Source of the DNA: an uncultured Acidobacteriota bacterium
Lineage (GTDB): Bacteria; Acidobacteriota; Terriglobia; Terriglobales; Acidobacteriaceae
Reading direction: 5' to 3'
Length of the DNA stretch: 64,000 bases
Assembly: GCA_963713675.1 (NCBI GenBank)
Contig: CAVQMV010000013.1
Span: 2,375 to 66,374 of the forward strand
The translations under genes were made by a program, and so were the position numbers. The first letter of the stretch is position 1, and every line of letters starts with the position of its first letter. Of this stretch, positions 24,654 to 35,178 are shown in pieces. The notes under the pieces are model-generated. The model saw nothing but the letters and a program-made list of their open reading frames with translations. It was not told the DNA's origin and did not search any database.

Positions 24654-25469
24654 CTATTTGACGACCGAGAAGGTGTACAACTTGCCGGAACCGGCACTGC
24701 CTCTGAGATCGAGCGCGTCATTCGGAGCCAGAAAAGCGTATTCCCCCGCACCCAATTCGCGGCCAAGGGTGACTTGGTAAACATGCGGCGCGAGTTCCGT
24801 GCTGGTGAAATCGACGGAGTCTTTGGCCTCACTGCTGGAACGATGAAATTCGCCGCCTGTCTCCAGGCGAAACTCCCGCTTTTTTTCATGGGCACGAAAT
24901 CGCACGAGGAGATAATCGCCGACGGAACTGCCTTCAGGCGTGTACAGAATGAAGCTGGCCGGAAGCATGAGCGTCAGCGTGCTCGACGCTCCATCGACGA
25001 TGGCATTCACGTCTCCCTTGATTTTGCCTTCCGTGGCGACTGACTTGACCACGCCTCCGGCCTTTCTTGTCACCGTTTCTGCAAGCACGATTTTCCAGCT
25101 TTCGTCTCTGGCCTGGAAGTAGACGCCGACGCCGTCAACGCCGTGCGGAATCTTCGAGGCAATCTCCGCAGCGCTGGGCGCAACGTCGCGCGAGGAGATG
25201 GGGGGAGCGGGTGCGGGCGGCGGCCCGGGTGCGGACTTCATCAGCACGGCCGAGATCACTTTGCTGTCGGCGCCTGCATTCCGCAGCGCATCCAGACCAT
25301 CCGCAGAGGTGTCGTATTTACCGGGAGACGCGTCGATAGTGTTGACGATCAGGTCGTCTGACAGGCCCGCCTTCAGCAATTTGATGACGGCGGCGTTGTT
25401 CATGTCCTCTTGCGCGAAGAGCAACGAGGCAATGGCCAGCAATGCCAGGGCTGGAAGTCTCTTGCGCAT
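24654..25469 (-). CDS. secreted protein: helical 'MNN..IK..KAGLSDDLI' domain, Pro linker, C-terminal beta domain (paralog 2)
   Basis: Signal peptide from ATG 25469; end-to-end similarity with 25683-26471. Confidence 0.8.
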   Translation of the reverse strand: MRKRLPALALLAIASLLFAQEDMNNAAVIKLLKAGLSDDLIVNTIDASPGKYDTSADGLDALRNAGADSKVISAVLMKSAPGPPPAPAPPISSRDVAPSAAEIASKIPHGVDGVGVYFQARDESWKIVLAETVTRKAGGVVKSVATEGKIKGDVNAIVDGASSTLTLMLPASFILYTPEGSSVGDYLLVRFRAHEKKREFRLETGGEFHRSSSEAKDSVDFTSTELAPHVYQVTLGRELGAGEYAFLAPNDALDLRGSAGSGKLYTFSVVK

Positions 25470-25682
25470 GCAGTTTCTCCTTGGGATCACGGCGATTGGG
25501 GTTGATGGAGCGCCGGGCATCAGGCACTCAAATGATCAACCCAAAGGTTGCTGCGGCAAGAGCGATTTTCTTCGGATGGTAGTCCCAGCGAAAGGTCCAT
25601 CCGCGCTGCGAATGGACCCTTTCCATTCAAGCCACATTGGAGCGCAGGGAAACTTTCCGGCGCTCCAATATGGCGCGACCCG

Positions 25683-26471
25683 TTATTCCATGACGCTTAC
25701 GGAGTAAATCTTTCCGCTGCTGCCCAGATTTGAGCTGCCATACGCTCCCGGAGGAAGCAGCCCATACTCGCCCTTGCCCAGGCTCTGCTGCAGCGTGATC
25801 TGGTAAACACGCGGTGCAATTTTGTTGGAGTCGAATGCAACCGCATCTCGGGTTGCGCCGCCGGAAACGTGCATCACGCCGCCGGTTACGGAGCGGAACT
25901 CGCGCGATGAGTGGTTGGTGCGCAGACGCAACAGTTGATACTCGGTAATCGCCGTGCCCTCGGGAACATAAACCGCCAGCACCAGCGGGAACGTCGCCGA
26001 GTTTTTGGCGTGCTCGCCCTGGATATGGCCGTTCAGATCGCCCTTGACGATTCCGTCGGTGGCAATGCTCTTCAGCACTCCGCCAGTCTTGAAGTTCACA
26101 ATTTCCGGCAGCAGCGGAGCCCACGCGCCGGTCTTGTCCTTGTAGTACACGCCCACGTCGTCGATCCCCGGCGGAAGCGTCGAGGCCGGGGCTACCGGTG
26201 CGGGTGGGGCGACAGCTGGTGGAGGGGGAGCCGTGGCTTTGGCAACAATAGCGGCAACCACTTTGTCGCTGACGCCGGCTGCCTTGAGGGCGATGATGCC
26301 ATCGGCGGAGGTGTCATAGGTTCCCGGCGACGCGTTGATGGTGGTGACTATCAAGTCGTCGGAGAGCCCTGCCTTGACCATCTTGATGATCGAGTCGTTG
26401 TTCATTGCCTGCTGCGCGGTGACAGCGAGGCAACACACGAGAAAGAAAACCGCAAACATCCACTTGCGCAT
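25683..26471 (-). CDS. secreted protein: helical 'MNNDSIIKMVKAGLSDDLI' domain, Pro linker, C-terminal beta domain (paralog 1)
   Basis: Signal peptide from ATG 26471; tandem paralog of 24654-25469. Confidence 0.8.
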   Translation of the reverse strand: MRKWMFAVFFLVCCLAVTAQQAMNNDSIIKMVKAGLSDDLIVTTINASPGTYDTSADGIIALKAAGVSDKVVAAIVAKATAPPPPAVAPPAPVAPASTLPPGIDDVGVYYKDKTGAWAPLLPEIVNFKTGGVLKSIATDGIVKGDLNGHIQGEHAKNSATFPLVLAVYVPEGTAITEYQLLRLRTNHSSREFRSVTGGVMHVSGGATRDAVAFDSNKIAPRVYQITLQQSLGKGEYGLLPPGAYGSSNLGSSGKIYSVSVME

Positions 26472-26670
26472 GGAGCTTCTCCTGACTGTTTTTGGAAGCA
26501 AGAAAAACGTTCAATAGGAAACATTGGCATGATCCACCCTGACGGGCGAATGCGCAAGGGCTTTCTGCGAGCGCGGGTGCGGCGTTACTTCGAGGAGGCG
26601 TGGTCGCAAGGGGCTCCGATTTCCATGCGATAATCGCCGCGAAACGCGAGGGCGGGGAGAACCGTGCGCA

Positions 26671-26713
26671 AGAAAACGCCCGCCGGGCACTGGGGCCGCG
26701 GCGGGCGTTTTCT
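26671..26713 (-). terminator. intrinsic terminator (bidirectional)
   Basis: agaaaacgcccgccg-13 nt-cggcgggcgttttct. Confidence 0.8.
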
Positions 26714-26730
26714 GGTTTGCGAAGCTTGCG

Positions 26731-26892
26731 CTACTGCGGGGTACGCACGTGATCGCCTTCCTGGAAGCCGGTGCCTGAGACAGGAACGCAGACCGAGGAC
26801 TTGGCGTCGACGTCGGTGGCCTTGACGAAGCCGACGGTGGTGGTGAGGCGGCGGACGGCTTCGAGCTGATCGCTCGCAGCCGCCCGCTCTGG
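26731..26892 (-). pseudogene. start-less 3' gene remnant (..VRRLTTTVGFVKATDVDAKSSVCVPVSGTGFQEGDHVRTPQ*), possibly the C-terminal domain of a CsgG/HfaB-type protein
   Basis: 53 sense codons plus TAG, strong GC3 bias, in the same frame as and directly after the TAG of 26893-28665, followed by a terminator; family guess from recall only. Confidence 0.55.
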
Positions 26893-28665
26893 CTATTGCA
26901 CGTCAGTTACCTTTCCATTCGTGAAGGTAACCTTCATGCCGTCGTAGTAATAGATAACCTTGGGGCCCAGGTTCGCCATCTTTTTGGGAGCACCCAAAGA
27001 CGCCTGCACCTGATCGGGCGTCTGGCCCATTTGGACCGATACGGGTGCGGCGGGAGCAGGCGGTGCGGCGCCGGCCGGGGCACTACCACTCGGCGGCGCA
27101 TCGCCGGTCGCTTCCTTCTCAGCCTGGTCGGCTTGCTGACCCTGCTGCTGAAGATCGGCTGTGTCCGTCGGATCGGGAGGGGGCGCAACGGATGCATACG
27201 CAGCCTCAGTAGGCGTACCCTGGGCCGAGGGCGGCGCTTGCGGGATTCCACCCTTACCCTGCTTTGCCTGCAATTCCTGGAGCCCCTGGTCGATGTTCTC
27301 CCGCATGTGGTTCTGCATCTCCTGCAGGTCGGTCAATTGCACGGTGACCGTATCGGAAGTGTGGCACTCTTTCCCGCCCTTGCTGGCCAGCACCACCAGG
27401 TTCACCGCCGTTGCGTTAGGGTCAGACCCGGGCTGCAGTTGCAGCGCATCGCCATCGCTGAGCCCGCATTCCTGTCCGCTGGCATCTACCACGTCCAGCG
27501 CGTCTCCCGCCACAAACACATGCGGATGGCCGTCGCCCAGCATGCGCGCAATCCCGCTGGAACCGGGGTCCGTATCCTGTTGCTGTGCGTTCTGTGCGGC
27601 TTCCTGATTCTCCAGGGCCAACTGGGCCCTCACCTCGTCGGCAATCTGCTGCTTTACCTCGGGCGTCATCTCTGGAGGGCCGCCTGCGGCCGACGGAGCG
27701 CCGTCTGTTTCGCCGGCCTCCTGATGCGCCGCGTAGGCTGCCTGCAGATCCTGGGAGATGATGTAGTCCGTCAGCCAAAACGAGGCTGAGGGGTACACCG
27801 GGTATGGCGCAAAGAATCCGCCGTAGTAGCCATACCAGGGACTACCTCCCCACCCCCACCCGTAGGCGATAGGCGTAGCCCACGGATTGTAAGCCCATCC
27901 GTAAAAGCCTCGGCCATAGTAAAAGCCCGGCGCGTAGACGTTCAAATACAGCCCGCGGTAGCCATAGCCACGGTAATAGCGGTTGTATTCGTGGCCATGG
28001 TAGTAGTAAGCGCGCCGGCCAAAATCGTGCCCGTGGTAACCGTACCCACGCTGCACATATCCCGGGCGGCCCCGCTCCGCAACCAGGCGGCCATGACCTG
28101 GGCGATCGACTGAGACTCTGCGGTTCCCATTCAGCCCATGGTGAATGTCCATCCCGCGTTTGGGGTCATGCACATCGCTCCTCGAGCCGTCAGGACGATT
28201 GCGAACCTCGCTGCCGTTGCGGGCGACGTGATCGTTGCTTCCTCTGGGTCCGGGTCCGCCCCCGATCGGCGAGTGGCCGCCGGCAGGACCGTGCGAACCT
28301 GGACCTCCCGGACCGCCGGGGTGGTTCCCGCCGACGGTGGTTGGCCCGTGCGTGGTCCCGCCGGTGGTTGGCCCGTGCGTGGTCCCGCCGGTGGTTGGTC
28401 CATGCGTGGTCCCGCCAGTGGTTGGCCCGTGCGTGGTCCCGCCGGTGGTTGGTCCATGCGTGGCCCCGCCGGAGGTCGGTCCGTGCGAGGTGGCCCCGCC
28501 GGCGCCTCCAGAAGGCTTTGGGGCGGCCGCCGGCTTGGGAGCCGGTGTCGCGGGCTTCTTTTGAGCGGCGGCTGCGGTTGCGAAGCAGCCCATGCCCAGC
28601 AGAGCGGCAAGAATCATTCCTGCCGAACCATTTCTCAAGGCATTGCGAAGAAATTGCATCGTCAT
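26893..28665 (-). CDS. large secreted repeat protein with Gly/Tyr/His-rich segment and C-terminal BamE/SmpA-like small domain
   Basis: Signal peptide, HGPTTGGTT repeats, GYGY/GWGW aromatic tract, C-terminal GQTPDQVQASLGAP..IYYYDGMKVTFTNGKVTDVQ. Confidence 0.85.
   Translation of the reverse strand: MTMQFLRNALRNGSAGMILAALLGMGCFATAAAAQKKPATPAPKPAAAPKPSGGAGGATSHGPTSGGATHGPTTGGTTHGPTTGGTTHGPTTGGTTHGPTTGGTTHGPTTVGGNHPGGPGGPGSHGPAGGHSPIGGGPGPRGSNDHVARNGSEVRNRPDGSRSDVHDPKRGMDIHHGLNGNRRVSVDRPGHGRLVAERGRPGYVQRGYGYHGHDFGRRAYYYHGHEYNRYYRGYGYRGLYLNVYAPGFYYGRGFYGWAYNPWATPIAYGWGWGGSPWYGYYGGFFAPYPVYPSASFWLTDYIISQDLQAAYAAHQEAGETDGAPSAAGGPPEMTPEVKQQIADEVRAQLALENQEAAQNAQQQDTDPGSSGIARMLGDGHPHVFVAGDALDVVDASGQECGLSDGDALQLQPGSDPNATAVNLVVLASKGGKECHTSDTVTVQLTDLQEMQNHMRENIDQGLQELQAKQGKGGIPQAPPSAQGTPTEAAYASVAPPPDPTDTADLQQQGQQADQAEKEATGDAPPSGSAPAGAAPPAPAAPVSVQMGQTPDQVQASLGAPKKMANLGPKVIYYYDGMKVTFTNGKVTDVQ
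28328..28497 (-). repeat. intragenic 27-bp tandem repeat (about 6 units, HGPTTGGTT)
   Basis: Unit cccgccggtggttggcccgtgcgtggt, contiguous and in frame. Confidence 0.9.
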
Positions 28666-28718
28666 CTCGTCCTCATTCCTTTTCCGGGGCCGCGCTCCTA
28701 TCCGGATGCGCGAGCGCT

Positions 28719-29543
28719 CTACTCAACGTTGCTGACTTTTCCGTTGGTGAAAGTCACTTTCATGTCCGAGTAATAGTAGATTTCCTTGGCGCCTATCTTT
28801 GCCATTTTGGTTGGTTGGCCGAAGGCAGCCGTTACCTGATCCTTGGTCTGGCCGAGGGCGATTGTAGGCGGGGGAGCATCGGCCGGCGGCGGGGGCGGAG
28901 CGATATCCGGCATTGGAGCGGGCGGCGCTGCCGGTGGGCGTGGCGCGGCGGCTGGGGCGGGTGGAGCTGCGTCGCCCTGCTGTGCTCCTCCGCCGGAATT
29001 GTCAGCGGGCTGAATGGAGAGCACCTCGGCAATGGTGCGCTGAAGGTCGTCCGCGGACGGGATAGAGTTCTTGGGGAAAGGGAATTTCAGCAAACCGTAG
29101 TAGCGAACATCGTTGAATGGATCGCTGTAGACGTTGAAAACAACTCCGTCCTGCTGAATGGTGATCGCTGTGACCCAGAATTTTTCGCCCGTGACAAACT
29201 TGCGCTGTGGGATGCCTGAGGTGGGCGCCGAGCCGGGAGCGCGCATCATCATGCCGCCCAACCCGCGCAACATGCTTCCGTTGCTCGTCTGGAGGTGCCC
29301 GTCCCTGTAGATGTTCAATGGGGGAACGCCGGTATCCGTGCTGTACATGACCAGCCCGTCCTTTTGGAGCACGAGTATTGCGCCGGCTGTGACCAAATCG
29401 CTCCGGTCGGCGGTGATCTTCGAGAGGGTGTATTGATCCGTGAGGCGCTTTTGAAGCTGATCGCTGTTCTGCGCGCTCGATACGGTCGCAGCGGTGGACG
29501 ATACGAACAGTAAAAGCGTCGCGAATCTTATGCTGAATTTCAT
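28719..29543 (-). CDS. secreted protein with Pro/Ala linker and C-terminal BamE/SmpA-like small domain
   Basis: Signal peptide from ATG 29543; C-terminal GQTKDQVTAAFGQP..IYYYSDMKVTFTNGKVSNVE matches that of the next gene. Confidence 0.85.
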   Translation of the reverse strand: MKFSIRFATLLLFVSSTAATVSSAQNSDQLQKRLTDQYTLSKITADRSDLVTAGAILVLQKDGLVMYSTDTGVPPLNIYRDGHLQTSNGSMLRGLGGMMMRAPGSAPTSGIPQRKFVTGEKFWVTAITIQQDGVVFNVYSDPFNDVRYYGLLKFPFPKNSIPSADDLQRTIAEVLSIQPADNSGGGAQQGDAAPPAPAAAPRPPAAPPAPMPDIAPPPPPADAPPPTIALGQTKDQVTAAFGQPTKMAKIGAKEIYYYSDMKVTFTNGKVSNVE

Positions 29544-29900
29544 ATGAACTTTCCTCGTCGGGAGGCGACAGGATTTTGGAGACAAGACCCCTGAGTGAAT
29601 GTGCGGGAGTATACCACGGTGCCGGAGCGGTGGTCATCAATACTATTTAAGGTTGAAATTTAAGGTTGAATTGGCGGTTGCCTCGCGAAAAAGGTCGCAA
29701 TGGAGCGTGGTGGGTCCCGGTTTGGCGGGGCACCCGGGGCCAAGCGGCATGGCCCGCTGCCAGACTCGTTTCTGGTTTTTTCCGCGTTTGCTCCGGGTGC
29801 GGCGGTGTGCTAACCTTGATTTCTGTGCCGTGTACGCGGAAAGTTGGAGTGTGTCCGCGCACTTTTCGGTGCCTCGGGGAAGGTTTCCGGTGGGAAACGA

Positions 29901-29976
29901 GCTGGCGTAGCTCAGCTGGTAGAGCATCTGATTTGTAATCAGAGGGTCGGGGGTTCAAATCCCTTCGCCAGCTCCA
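29901..29976 (+). tRNA. tRNA-Thr(TGT)
   Basis: Cloverleaf, anticodon loop TTTGTAA, GTTCAAA T-loop, encoded CCA. Confidence 0.97.
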
Positions 29977-30179
29977 CAAAAGGAAGCCGAAACGAGGGAG
30001 CCGAAGCGGCGAAAGTTTTCCGGCGCGAGTTGGATGAGCGCCGGGCCTGTCCTCCGCGGTGATCCCCACTACTGGCGCAGGCTCGTGATTCCGGAGTCCT
30101 CCGGAGGTTGCGGCGTGCGCGGAAGCGGGAAGGCGTAGCGGGTTTTTTGAGCGCGGTGCGGCGGAGAACAGGTGAATGG

Positions 30180-30268
30180 GCACAGGTGGCCGAGCGGTTA
30201 ATGGCAGCAGACTGTAAATCTGCCGCTCCTTGCGAGCTACGGAGGTTCGAATCCTCCCCTGTGCACCA
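30180..30268 (+). tRNA. tRNA-Tyr(GTA)
   Basis: GCACAGG/CCTGTGC acceptor stem, CTGTAAA loop, long variable arm, CCA. Confidence 0.97.
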
Positions 30269-30403
30269 GAGATGCAGGGAACAGGGATTAGGGAACAGGG
30301 AACAGTTGGTGTTGTGGAAAGTGAAGAGCTGAGCGGCTTTGGCCGGCACGGAACAAACTGAGAACTGTGAACTACGAACTGGGAACTGGGTTTGAGAGCG
30401 GCG

Positions 30404-30664
30404 ATGGGAACGAGCTTGGAGAACGGGAAGTTAGACCGCTCCGGCGCGGATCTGGACCGCAAGTTTTGGGTGGCCATGGCGATGTTTGCCGTTCTGGCCG
30501 TGTTGGTTTGGCTGACCATGGGCGAGGGCACGGTGCTCGTTTTTGGAAGGCCGGTGGAGTTAAGGCTGATTCCGCTGATCGTGATTGGCGGGATGGCCTT
30601 GCGTGCGGTGTTAGCCCGGCAGGCGGAGAAGATTCGGCGGTCGGGGGGAAAGAGCAGCCAGTAG
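30404..30664 (+). CDS. small two-TM membrane protein inside the tRNA cluster
   Basis: 86 aa from ATG 30404 with two hydrophobic helices. Confidence 0.65.
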   Translation: MGTSLENGKLDRSGADLDRKFWVAMAMFAVLAVLVWLTMGEGTVLVFGRPVELRLIPLIVIGGMALRAVLARQAEKIRRSGGKSSQ

Positions 30665-30777
30665 CCATTAGCCAGTAGCCAATAGCTCCGGTGTCGGCGG
30701 GTTGAGTGATTGAGGCTCGCGATTGAAGGATGGAGCTAAAAGCTACGGGCTACAAGCTACCGGCTTGGGTTTAGCGG

Positions 30778-30853
<76 letters not shown>

Positions 30854-30976
30854 GAAGAACAGTGAACAGTGGTCAGTGATCAGTGGTCAGAATGGCAGCG
30901 GCCGGGAAGGCTGATTCGGCTTCCGCAGGCAGGATGAAACTGATCACTGAACACTGACAACTGATCACTGATTTGG

Positions 30977-31051
30977 GCGGGAGTAACTCAGTGGTAGAGT
31001 CACAGCCTTCCAAGCTGTTGGTCGCGGGTTCGATCCCCGTCTCCCGCTCCA
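30977..31051 (+). tRNA. tRNA-Gly(TCC)
   Basis: GCGGGAG/CTCCCGC acceptor stem, CTTCCAA loop, CCA. Confidence 0.97.
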
Positions 31052-31173
31052 AAGACTAGCTGTTAATTTTCAGCTGTCAGTTTCGGGATTGATGGAACGA
31101 ACCGACGCGGCAAGGGCAGGCAGGAAAAAGCTGACGGCTGAGAGCTGAATGCTGGATTGAGGTCAGGGAATCG

Positions 31174-31482
31174 ATGTTCGAGCAGGCTGAGATCGCGGTA
31201 CAGGATGAACGGGGATTTGCGCAGTTGCACGCGCTGATTGACGCCCAGTTTGACGCGCGCGACGTAGAGGTTTTTCTGAATCGCGTGAAGAAGTCGAAGC
31301 TGCGCGTCCGGGATTATGAAGGCATTCTGGGGCGCGGACTGCTGGGCAATGATGCGATTGCGCTTTACCAGGCGCTGCCGGTGAGTGACCAGGGCCTGAC
31401 GCGCGAACGGTATCTGCGGTTGGTGGAAGCGGTGCCGCTGGAGTTGAGACAAAGGTATTTGAAAGTGTACGCGTATTACTGA
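31174..31482 (+). CDS. hypothetical protein
   Basis: 102 aa, coding-like codon use, RBS-like aggga. Confidence 0.75.
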   Translation: MFEQAEIAVQDERGFAQLHALIDAQFDARDVEVFLNRVKKSKLRVRDYEGILGRGLLGNDAIALYQALPVSDQGLTRERYLRLVEAVPLELRQRYLKVYAYY

Positions 31483-31554
31483 GAATCATGTGGTCAGTTC
31501 GAGCATGAGTTGGTGTGTGGTAAAGGCAATCGCAAGTGAAATTGGGGATGTGCA

Positions 31555-31785
31555 ATGAATGGGCTCGCGAATATTTGCAGCCACTGTCGCGCAACGAGGT
31601 TGGAGCCTGGCAAGGCCGAGCAAGCGTGGTGTCAGGTATGCGGTGGTAGTGGGTATGAATTGACCGATTCTGGATCTGAATTGAGAACATTTGTTATAGC
31701 GATGCTTCAGGATCGGCGGGTCAAGGATGCCGCGGTTGATTTTCTGCTTTCCGTTAAGCGGGACGCTGCGGGGTTGGAGAGTTAG
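31555..31785 (+). CDS. small protein with CxxC..CxxCxGxG zinc-finger-like motif
   Basis: CSHC and CQVCGGSG; lower GC than flanks. Confidence 0.5.
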   Translation: MNGLANICSHCRATRLEPGKAEQAWCQVCGGSGYELTDSGSELRTFVIAMLQDRRVKDAAVDFLLSVKRDAAGLES

Positions 31786-31833
31786 AGGCTATCTCGGGGT
31801 TGGATGGGCAATTGTTGTTTTCAGGGAGACTTT

Positions 31834-32133
31834 ATGCCGGTCGAGGAGCAAATCAACGAGAGGAAGCCCTTTGAAGATTTCTGTGAGGGATTCGCGCGCG
31901 CCTATAGGTCGGAAAAAAGCGTGATTCCGCATATTTTCTTGAAACCAGTTGCAGGTGCAGCTGTTTCCTCGCGGCAGAACATTGCAATCGATGTCGAGAA
32001 ACTTGACAGAGAAAGATCGAACGAATGGTTGGCGTATGTTCGTACTTCCTCGGCGAAGTTTCCGGACGTTGCGAAGAAATACCGAAAAGTTTTGGATTAT
32101 TGTGAGGGCGTCTGGACGAGCCTCAAAGATTAG
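31834..32133 (+). CDS. hypothetical protein
   Basis: 99 aa from ATG 31834 with gggaga RBS; lower GC. Confidence 0.5.
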   Translation: MPVEEQINERKPFEDFCEGFARAYRSEKSVIPHIFLKPVAGAAVSSRQNIAIDVEKLDRERSNEWLAYVRTSSAKFPDVAKKYRKVLDYCEGVWTSLKD

Positions 32134-32233
32134 GGCTAGTTCTTTGTATCAAGGTTTTTTGGGGCTGGAGCCGGACCGCCGGCGCCCCATGATGCAACAA
32201 GCAGTAAAGCGATGAAAGGGATTTAGGACTTTT

Positions 32234-33418
<1,185 letters not shown>

Positions 33419-33524
33419 GCGCTGGCCGCGCCGGGCGGACCGCCCTTCGGGCGAAAGGCAACGACGCGGCAAGCGGATTCTGATCGATGACAAGGGTTCA
33501 TTGATCGACTGAAGGGAACAGGCA

Positions 33525-33674
33525 ATGCGGGAAATTATCACGTTGGAATGCACGCAGTGCAAGGAGCGCAATTACTCGACTACGAAGAACAAGAAGACCG
33601 TCACCGGCCGTCTTGAGCTGAAGAAGTTCTGTAATCGCTGCCGCAAGCACCAGGTGCATAAGGAAGCGAAGTAA
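33525..33674 (+). CDS. rpmG: 50S ribosomal protein L33 (zinc-binding form)
   Basis: Manual translation [49 protein letters not shown]; below the ORF-track size cutoff. Confidence 0.97.
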   Translation: MREIITLECTQCKERNYSTTKNKKTVTGRLELKKFCNRCRKHQVHKEAK

Positions 33675-33772
33675 AAGAACAGGCAATAGGGAATAGGGAG
33701 TAGGGAATAGAAAACGGGGCGTCGGTGCTCAGGAATCTACTCCCTACTGGCTACTTCCTATTCCCTGCATTC

Positions 33773-33848
33773 AGGGGCGTAAGCTCAATGGCTAAACTGT
33801 CGGTCTCCAAAACCGAACTTGGGGGTTCGAATCCCTCCGCCCCTGCCA
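33773..33848 (+). tRNA. tRNA-Trp(CCA)
   Basis: AGGGGCG/CGCCCCT acceptor stem, CTCCAAA loop, CCA; usual position between rpmG and secE. Confidence 0.95.
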
Positions 33849-33973
33849 AAGAACTTGGGAACAGGGAACGGGTTTCAGGGATCAGTTACGACAGCGCCGC
33901 GGTAAGCGAAGTCGCTGGCAGCGGCAAAGCGAACTGACACCTGGCACCTGAAACCTACAGAAGGATTGGTAGT

Positions 33974-34276
33974 ATGGCCACGAAAACAGCAGTCGAACGC
34001 AGCGAAGAACGGTCTGCCAAGCGGCAAGAGCCGGGCGCGCTGGCAGAGTTTGGGGGCGGTGCCATGAGCAAATGGAGAGAGTTTACCGACTTTCTGCGCG
34101 ACGTGCGCGCGGAGATGCGCAAAGTGGTTACACCCTCCTGGAAGGAAGTGAAGTCGACCACCGGCGTTGTCATCATCGCCGTGTTTCTGTTCGGCTTGTT
34201 CTTCTTTATCGTCGACGGACTGTTTAACCAGGGCATGCACGTGTTGCTGAAAAGTCTGGGCGGATTGCAGCAGTAG
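33974..34276 (+). CDS. secE: preprotein translocase subunit SecE
   Basis: FLRDVRAEMRKVVTPSWKEV plus one TM; synteny. Confidence 0.95.
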   Translation: MATKTAVERSEERSAKRQEPGALAEFGGGAMSKWREFTDFLRDVRAEMRKVVTPSWKEVKSTTGVVIIAVFLFGLFFFIVDGLFNQGMHVLLKSLGGLQQ

Positions 34277-34302
34277 AAGAGCAGCCCGGAATCGAGAGGG
34301 TA

Positions 34303-35016
34303 ATGTCAGACGAATTGGAACAACCCGCAAACGAGCAGGCCGAGGTACCAGAGCCCGCAGCGCAGTCAGCTGCCGCTGAGCCCGAGACCGTCGAGGCAAC
34401 GCCCGAGGCCGCCGCAGCCGGGTCCGGGGCCACGCCGGATGGGTCTTCTCCCGTGGCGCCGGAGGCCGCGCCAGAGCGCAATCCGCTTTTCAAGTGGTAC
34501 ATCCTGCACGCCTATTCCGGCTTTGAGCGCAAAGTGCGCGAGTCCATCGAAAGCCGCATCCAGGCTTTTGGATTGAGGGACCGAGTGGGCCGCGTGATGA
34601 TTCCCACCGAGCCGGTGACGGAGATTGTCAACGGCAAAAAGCGCACCGTGGAGAGGGTGTTTCTGCCTGGGTACGTTCTGGTGGAGATGGATCTCGACAA
34701 CAACCTGTGGCACGTGCTGAAAGACACGCCCAAGGTGACGGGATTTCTGGGCACCGGCGACAAGCCCGTGGCGCTGAGCGAAGAAGAGGTGAGTTCGATT
34801 CTCTTCCGCAGCGAAACCGCGAAGGAAAAGCCGCGGCTCAAGATCAAATTCGAGAAGAGCGAACAGGTACGCATCACCGATGGGCCGTTCGCCAACTTCA
34901 ATGGCGTGGTGGACGAGATTAACGAAGATCGCGAAACCCTGAAGGTGATGGTGACGATCTTCGGCCGCTCCACGCCCGTCGAACTGGAGTTCGGCAAGGT
35001 AGAAAAGATTGAGTAG
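34303..35016 (+). CDS. nusG: transcription termination/antitermination factor NusG with acidic Ala-rich N-terminal extension
   Basis: KWYILHAYSGFE, FLPGYVLVEM, KOW VRITDGPFANFNG, IFGRSTPVEL. Confidence 0.98.
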   Translation: MSDELEQPANEQAEVPEPAAQSAAAEPETVEATPEAAAAGSGATPDGSSPVAPEAAPERNPLFKWYILHAYSGFERKVRESIESRIQAFGLRDRVGRVMIPTEPVTEIVNGKKRTVERVFLPGYVLVEMDLDNNLWHVLKDTPKVTGFLGTGDKPVALSEEEVSSILFRSETAKEKPRLKIKFEKSEQVRITDGPFANFNGVVDEINEDRETLKVMVTIFGRSTPVELEFGKVEKIE

Positions 35017-35178
35017 TTGAAGCTTTCAGCAAGTAGCTTTCAGCTTCTAGCCGGTCGGGTTTTCTAGCTGCCGCCGGTTGCGAGCCAACGCGAAAGTTTC
35101 GACACCAAAATTTGCATCAGAACAACCGGCTAAGAGCTAAAAGCTAGAAGCTTAGAGCTGGTTTTGAAGGAACATACG

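Noticed and set aside
28328-28497. CRISPR-like array
   Set aside because: Contiguous 27-bp in-frame coding repeats with no unique spacers and no cas genes
29647-30531. 294-aa minus-strand ORF
   Set aside because: Runs antisense across two tRNA genes, with non-coding-like composition
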